Shown here: piece by piece, positions 59,167-64,000 of the stretch
How the letters are laid out: every line of letters begins with the position of its first letter
Numbering within the stretch: position 1 is the first letter of the stretch
NCBI GenBank assembly: GCA_036337225.1
Contig: JAYZEP010000006.1
Coordinates: forward strand, 73,771 to 137,770
Reading direction: 5' to 3'
Source of the DNA: Thermodesulfobacteriota bacterium
GTDB taxonomy: Bacteria > Desulfobacterota_D > UBA1144
DNA: 64,000 nt
Translations under genes and position numbers: made by a program
Notes under the pieces: model-generated
Database searches by the model: none
Seen by the model: only the letters and a program-made list of their open reading frames with translations
Told to the model about the DNA's origin: nothing

Positions 59167-60735
59167 ATGGCTCACAAATCAAATAAAATTAGCTTTGGTC
59201 AAAATGAAAGATTTGTTTTCTTCGTGACAATTGTTGGTCTGATTTACTCTATAATTTCCAACTCGTATTTTGATACAAATGGTTTTTTAACATCAGACTC
59301 GACTCATTTTCTCAAACTGGCTCAATCATTAAGAGACAAGAATGGTTTGGATATTTATTCGTGGACCAATAGTGGGGACAAGCAATTCTTTAGTACATGG
59401 CCTATCGGCTACCCTACGTTAATATATCTGGTTTCTAATATATCTCAGCTAGATGTTTTTTGGTCTTCAAAGATGGCTAATATAATTTGTGCTATCTTAA
59501 TTATTTTTTCAGTTAGGAGATATTTAAAAGTAGGCTTTTCTATAATTGGAATTATTTTCCTATCGGGAAGTTTCTTAAATATTTTTTCTTATACCTCAAC
59601 GGAAACCTTGTTCGCGCTTGGTTTAGTATTGTATATATTAAGAGTTTGCGAACTCGAAAATAATCAATCCAAGAAAAATTTACTTTATGTGTGTCTTGCA
59701 TTTGTTCTAACATTTACAAGTCGGTATATAGGAGCGTACCTATTGATATTTAATCTTTTATTGATACTTAGAGTTTTTAGAGATCAACAAAGGTACTCAA
59801 AGTACCTCTTAGTATTGTTAATTTTCTCATCATTATATGTTCTTGGCTATCTGCTAATGAATAAGATAGCATCAGGATACATAACGTATTCACACGCTTA
59901 TATGACCTATGAATCCTGGCAAACTATATCAGTTCAATTCATAAAAAAGATATTTGAGGAAATGAACTTAGTCATGGCCAGTGTAAGATTTGGAGAAAAC
60001 TCAATAGTTGCCACTATATCGTCAATATTATCCTTATATTTAGCATATTTATTATTTGCATACTTATCAAAAAAGAAAACCTTAGATTCAACTCTGAATA
60101 ATATTGCAAACAATTTCCTATATTCAGGATTTCTATATTTAGCTATAGTCTTTGTCTGGAGACTAATTATCTGGTTTTCTCCGTTTTCATACAGAATATT
60201 ATTCCCATCAACATTACTAATCGCATTGGGATTACTATTCAAACTTCTTTCAAAAAATGATACATCTTCTCAGGAATTCAAAAAAATTTACCTAGCGCTA
60301 TGCGCCATAGCTATATTTTCATTTTCTTTTAATATAGTTTATAAACAGTTTTCATTCGAAGGGGTAAATTATAATCAAAAAGTTGAAGAGATTGCAAAAA
60401 AATACAGAGAAATCAAACCAGGAAGTGTAGTAATTTTCGGAGAAAGACACTTAGACTATTTAAGACAAGATATCATTCCAATAAAACCATATTATTTGCC
60501 ATTGTTTAGCAAAATTGAAACTAAAGAAGAACTTAATAGAAGAATAAAAAGATTTAAAAGAATATATTTTAATATTCCGAGTTTTTGTCAGAAACCGTAT
60601 GACACATTATCAGGCGATCGGGGTCTAGATTGTCTATCCGAGAATAAGAGAATCCATTCTTTCGATAAAGATATTATTGGCTTTATAAAAGAAAATTCAA
60701 CAAAAGGTGTCTTCGAGGTTAGGCAAATAAGATGA
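59167..60735 (+). CDS. polytopic GT-C-type (ArnT/PMT-like) membrane glycosyltransferase, putative
   Basis: 522 aa. It has more than 10 hydrophobic segments followed by a soluble C-terminal domain of about 110 aa. It is adjacent to GtrA and a flippase. The family call is by architecture only. Confidence 0.4.
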   Translation: MAHKSNKISFGQNERFVFFVTIVGLIYSIISNSYFDTNGFLTSDSTHFLKLAQSLRDKNGLDIYSWTNSGDKQFFSTWPIGYPTLIYLVSNISQLDVFWSSKMANIICAILIIFSVRRYLKVGFSIIGIIFLSGSFLNIFSYTSTETLFALGLVLYILRVCELENNQSKKNLLYVCLAFVLTFTSRYIGAYLLIFNLLLILRVFRDQQRYSKYLLVLLIFSSLYVLGYLLMNKIASGYITYSHAYMTYESWQTISVQFIKKIFEEMNLVMASVRFGENSIVATISSILSLYLAYLLFAYLSKKKTLDSTLNNIANNFLYSGFLYLAIVFVWRLIIWFSPFSYRILFPSTLLIALGLLFKLLSKNDTSSQEFKKIYLALCAIAIFSFSFNIVYKQFSFEGVNYNQKVEEIAKKYREIKPGSVVIFGERHLDYLRQDIIPIKPYYLPLFSKIETKEELNRRIKRFKRIYFNIPSFCQKPYDTLSGDRGLDCLSENKRIHSFDKDIIGFIKENSTKGVFEVRQIR

Positions 60736-62036
60736 AATTTGATGATATCAAAAAAAGAATATTAAAGAACTACAAATTGCTAGTATCAACTAAAATAATC
60801 GGCGGATTAGCATCAGCAATAACACTTTTAATAATAGCAAGATTTCTTGGAGTAGAGGAATTTGGAATTTTTGCAATGGTAATTTCCAGCGTGGAGATAT
60901 TAAATATACTTTTCAGCTTCAGAGTATGGGATACCACAGTTAAATTCATTGGAGACAATGCCAACAATAAGGAAAATATCTCTAACTATGTATCATTTTC
61001 AACAATAATCTCTTTTCTTTCGTCTTTTTTGTCTCTACTTCTTATTTTGCTTCTTTCTTCTTTAATTGCTGATCAGCTTTTTGGTATTCGGGGATACGAA
61101 TATTTAATAAAGTGCTACGTATTTTCCGTCTTGTTCATTTCTATAAATGATAATTTAGATGGAGTATTGAGAACCTATAATCAATATAATTCGATTCTTA
61201 AAATAAATATTATTACAAACTTATCAAGATTAGTTCTAGTTGTTTGGTATATATATTTTGCAGCTTTTCAAGTAAATCAAGCAGAAATATTAGTAGTTTT
61301 TACTTTATCTTTTTTAATTGGCACAGTGTTAAGATTTCTTTACTTAAAAAAAGCTTTAGATGAAGAAGAAATTGATTGCAAACTCATTCATTCTCTCAGC
61401 CGTTCTGAACAATTCGATTATCTAAAGTTTATGTCAAATGCTCATTTTTCTAACATACTTAATCTGGCTAACGATAAAAATCTCGGAGTATTAGTGGTAG
61501 GTTATTTTGTTGGGCCTTTCTATGCGGGCTTATATAGGGTAGCAAGAGCAATAACTAAGGTTATAAGGAGGATTATGGATCCAGCTCTTGAAATCATATT
61601 CCCGGAATTTGTTAAATTAAATACTGAAAAAGACTTTGGAAACTATCAAAAAGTAATAATAGAGTCTGTAAAAATGCTTTTGTTCTCTTCTTTGATTGTA
61701 GGGCTAGGAATATACTTATTTTCGTCAGAAATAATTGTATTATTTTTCGGGACAGAATACATAAAAGCAGAGTCCGCACTATTTATCCTAATAATTGCAA
61801 TGATTATTCATAACGGAGTTTATTGGATCAATCCATCAATGCTAGCTCTGGGAAAAGCTAAGCATCTTACGATCATAACTATAATAACAACCTTAATTTA
61901 CTGCTCATCCCTATTCTACCTAGTTAGAGCTATGCAACATGATGGAGCAGCTTTATCTTTGGTTATAAGAAATTTATCCATATTAGTTATAGGAATTTAT
62001 TTTTATAGTAAAGTGATTAAAGAAAAACTTTCTTAG
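60732..62036 (+). CDS. Wzx-like polysaccharide flippase (MOP superfamily)
   Basis: 434 aa with about 12 TM segments and the typical polysaccharide-biosynthesis-protein layout. 4-nt overlap with the upstream gene. Confidence 0.6.
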   Translation: MKFDDIKKRILKNYKLLVSTKIIGGLASAITLLIIARFLGVEEFGIFAMVISSVEILNILFSFRVWDTTVKFIGDNANNKENISNYVSFSTIISFLSSFLSLLLILLLSSLIADQLFGIRGYEYLIKCYVFSVLFISINDNLDGVLRTYNQYNSILKINIITNLSRLVLVVWYIYFAAFQVNQAEILVVFTLSFLIGTVLRFLYLKKALDEEEIDCKLIHSLSRSEQFDYLKFMSNAHFSNILNLANDKNLGVLVVGYFVGPFYAGLYRVARAITKVIRRIMDPALEIIFPEFVKLNTEKDFGNYQKVIIESVKMLLFSSLIVGLGIYLFSSEIIVLFFGTEYIKAESALFILIIAMIIHNGVYWINPSMLALGKAKHLTIITIITTLIYCSSLFYLVRAMQHDGAALSLVIRNLSILVIGIYFYSKVIKEKLS

Positions 62037-62039
62037 AAC

Positions 62040-62978
62040 TTATTGATTTTCTTCTAGGAATCTCTCAGCATCAATCGCTGCCATACAGCCAGAACCAGCC
62101 GCTGTAATGGCTTGGCGATATATGCTATCCTGTACATCGCCTGCCGCAAAAACTCCTTTTAAGTTTGTTTTAGAGGATTTTCCTTTAGTTGTAATATAGC
62201 CATTCTCATCCATGTCAATCTTATTGACAAACAATTCTGTATTTGGATTATGTCCAATAGCGACGAAGATTCCTTCAGTGTTAATCTTCGTAACCTCATT
62301 TGTCTTCACATCCTTATATAAAAATGAGCCTATACCATCTTTCTGAGTGCCAATAATTTCTTGTAATTCCGCATTCCAAAGGAAATTAACTTTAGGGTTT
62401 GACACAACTCTATCTTGCATTATTTTTGATGCACGCAGTTGTTCTCTCCTGTGTACAATCGTAACTTGATCGGCAAATTTCGTAAGGAAATTAGCTTCTT
62501 CCATTGCACTATCCCCACCACCAATTACATGAATTTTTTTATTTTTATAAAAGAATCCATCACAAGTCGCACACGTCGAAACTCCTCTGCCGATTAAGTT
62601 TGATTCCCCGGGTATATTCAGAAGTTTTGCGGTTGCCCCAGTTGCAATAATTATTGAATCAGCAGATATCTCCTTACCATTAACCGTTAAAGAATATGGA
62701 TATAAATCAAAATCTACTTTTTCAACTTGGGCCGCAATACAATTAGCTCCAAATCTTTTAGCTTGCTCTCGTAGCAAATCCATTAAATTAGGACCCATTA
62801 CTCCATCAGGAAAACCTGGAAAATTTTCAACATCAGTAGTCATGGTTAATTGACCACCAGCTTGAAATCCCTCAAAAACCAAAGGCTCGAGATTGGCTCT
62901 AGCTGCATAAATTGCAGCAGTTAACCCCGCAGCTCCTGAACCGATGATTACGATTTTATTTTTTAATTTCAATTCCAT
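62040..62978 (-). CDS. trxB: thioredoxin-disulfide reductase
   Basis: GSGAAG FAD motif, redox-active CATCDG, GGGDSA NADPH motif and the C-terminal GDV...Q. Confidence 0.92.
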   Translation of the reverse strand: MELKLKNKIVIIGSGAAGLTAAIYAARANLEPLVFEGFQAGGQLTMTTDVENFPGFPDGVMGPNLMDLLREQAKRFGANCIAAQVEKVDFDLYPYSLTVNGKEISADSIIIATGATAKLLNIPGESNLIGRGVSTCATCDGFFYKNKKIHVIGGGDSAMEEANFLTKFADQVTIVHRREQLRASKIMQDRVVSNPKVNFLWNAELQEIIGTQKDGIGSFLYKDVKTNEVTKINTEGIFVAIGHNPNTELFVNKIDMDENGYITTKGKSSKTNLKGVFAAGDVQDSIYRQAITAAGSGCMAAIDAERFLEENQ

Positions 62979-63075
62979 ATCAACATTATTATAATAAACA
63001 AAAAATTCGTAAGTAGTTACACGTAATGTATCTTATTTTATAAATCTAACAATAAAAATCAACTCTGGAGGATAT

Positions 63076-63978
63076 ATGACCCAACTTGGATTCGCTGAAT
63101 TGATAGAATTTTTTGAGAAAGAAAATTTTGTATTTGAATTAAAAGATCAATCTTTAATTAGGGTCTCAGGCAAGGATCATATTAAATTTTTGAATGGAAT
63201 ATCAAGTAATGAAGTCGAAAATTTACCACAAGGGGAATCTACCTATAGTCTAATACTGACCAACAAAGGGAAGATTTTATTCGATATTTGCCTATTTAAA
63301 ATCAACGATAGTTCAATGTACATACAAACTAATTCAAATCAAATTGACTCTTTAATAAAACATATTGCACAATACAAAATGTCTCTTGACGTCGAAGTGG
63401 ATAATTTGTCAGAAAAATACACAATATTCAAAAACAAAAGTCACAACATAGAGAGTAAGATTAGTTTTAATTCACCACTTCCTTTGGAAGAAAATTTTAG
63501 AATCATATTCATCGAAAAAGATCATAAAAAAATATTTCAATCTCCCATAATAGATGACAAGCTATATGTTCAATGGAAGATAATTAATGGAGTGCCTAGT
63601 TATCCATACGAAATTAATTCCAGGATAATACCTATCGAGGCAAATATGTGGTCAGCTATCAGTTTCATAAAAGGTTGCTATATTGGTCAAGAAATAATTG
63701 CACGAATAAGATATAAGGGGCAGGTAAAGAGAACACTTGCTTGTATTAAATCTGACAAGGATATTAAAATTAATGATGCAGTTCACAATAGTCAGGGTAA
63801 AAATATTGGACAAATTTCAAGTAAAACATATATATCAAACGACAACTGCACTTTTGCACTAGGTTTCGTGGACTATAGTGAAAATATAGATGAAAATAAA
63901 ATATTTCTGCTTGGTAACGAGGCCTTAGTGGTAAAAAACAATTATCAAATCGAAAATATCAAAAATCTAGAACTATAG
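63076..63978 (+). CDS. ygfZ: YgfZ/GcvT-like folate-binding protein
   Basis: Signature KGCYIGQEIIARIRYKGQVKR. 300 aa. GGAGG SD. Confidence 0.75.
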   Translation: MTQLGFAELIEFFEKENFVFELKDQSLIRVSGKDHIKFLNGISSNEVENLPQGESTYSLILTNKGKILFDICLFKINDSSMYIQTNSNQIDSLIKHIAQYKMSLDVEVDNLSEKYTIFKNKSHNIESKISFNSPLPLEENFRIIFIEKDHKKIFQSPIIDDKLYVQWKIINGVPSYPYEINSRIIPIEANMWSAISFIKGCYIGQEIIARIRYKGQVKRTLACIKSDKDIKINDAVHNSQGKNIGQISSKTYISNDNCTFALGFVDYSENIDENKIFLLGNEALVVKNNYQIENIKNLEL

Positions 63979-64000
63979 ACTATTTTGTTGAAGTTTTAGC

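Overview
This is a visibly AT-rich, extremely gene-dense chromosomal segment, about 97% coding by my hand tally of the gaps. It comes from a diderm bacterium, judging by an outer-membrane porin ending in Phe, TatA and a sigma-54 promoter; I cannot assign a lineage from sequence alone. I support about 69 CDS, 2 tRNAs (Phe-GAA, Arg-UCG), 2 good intrinsic-terminator hairpins and a few promoters. Content is almost entirely housekeeping. It includes gyrA (5' part), gpsA, miaB, glyQS, ppdK, rny, zapA and 5-formyl-THF cyclo-ligase. It also includes prfA, dapF, futalosine-pathway genes at two loci, hisFA, meaB, rng and methylmalonyl-CoA epimerase. Further genes are tatA, trpFBA, two tandem paralogous AMP-forming ligases, glnB-glnA, nth, uvrC, argFDB, hslUV-xerC and carD. 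The rest are bioBAF, ptsHI, a small surface-glycan module (aldolase-like, epimerase, GtrA, GT-C, Wzx), trxB and ygfZ. I see no CRISPR array, rRNA, transposase, phage block or recognisable defence or toxin system, so I cannot honestly claim a clear new multi-gene system. The observations most worth a second look are listed here. (1) A -10 hexamer recurs exactly 6 nt upstream of the start codon of operon-first genes, which suggests leaderless mRNAs. (2) BioF carries a basic C-terminal extension of about 120 aa, in a bio operon that lacks bioD and ends in an alkaline-phosphatase-superfamily gene. (3) The two ligase genes form a mosaic tandem pair, with 100%-identical nucleotide blocks inside otherwise diverged genes, directly upstream of a textbook sigma-54 promoter for glnBA. 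(4) An XRE regulator, a 2-TM sensor-like protein and a lipoprotein form an operon beside tRNA-Phe. (5) gyrA has no canonical start codon. (6) An unusual EVE-meaB-rng-epimerase operon is present. (7) Convergent genes routinely overlap or abut with no terminator.
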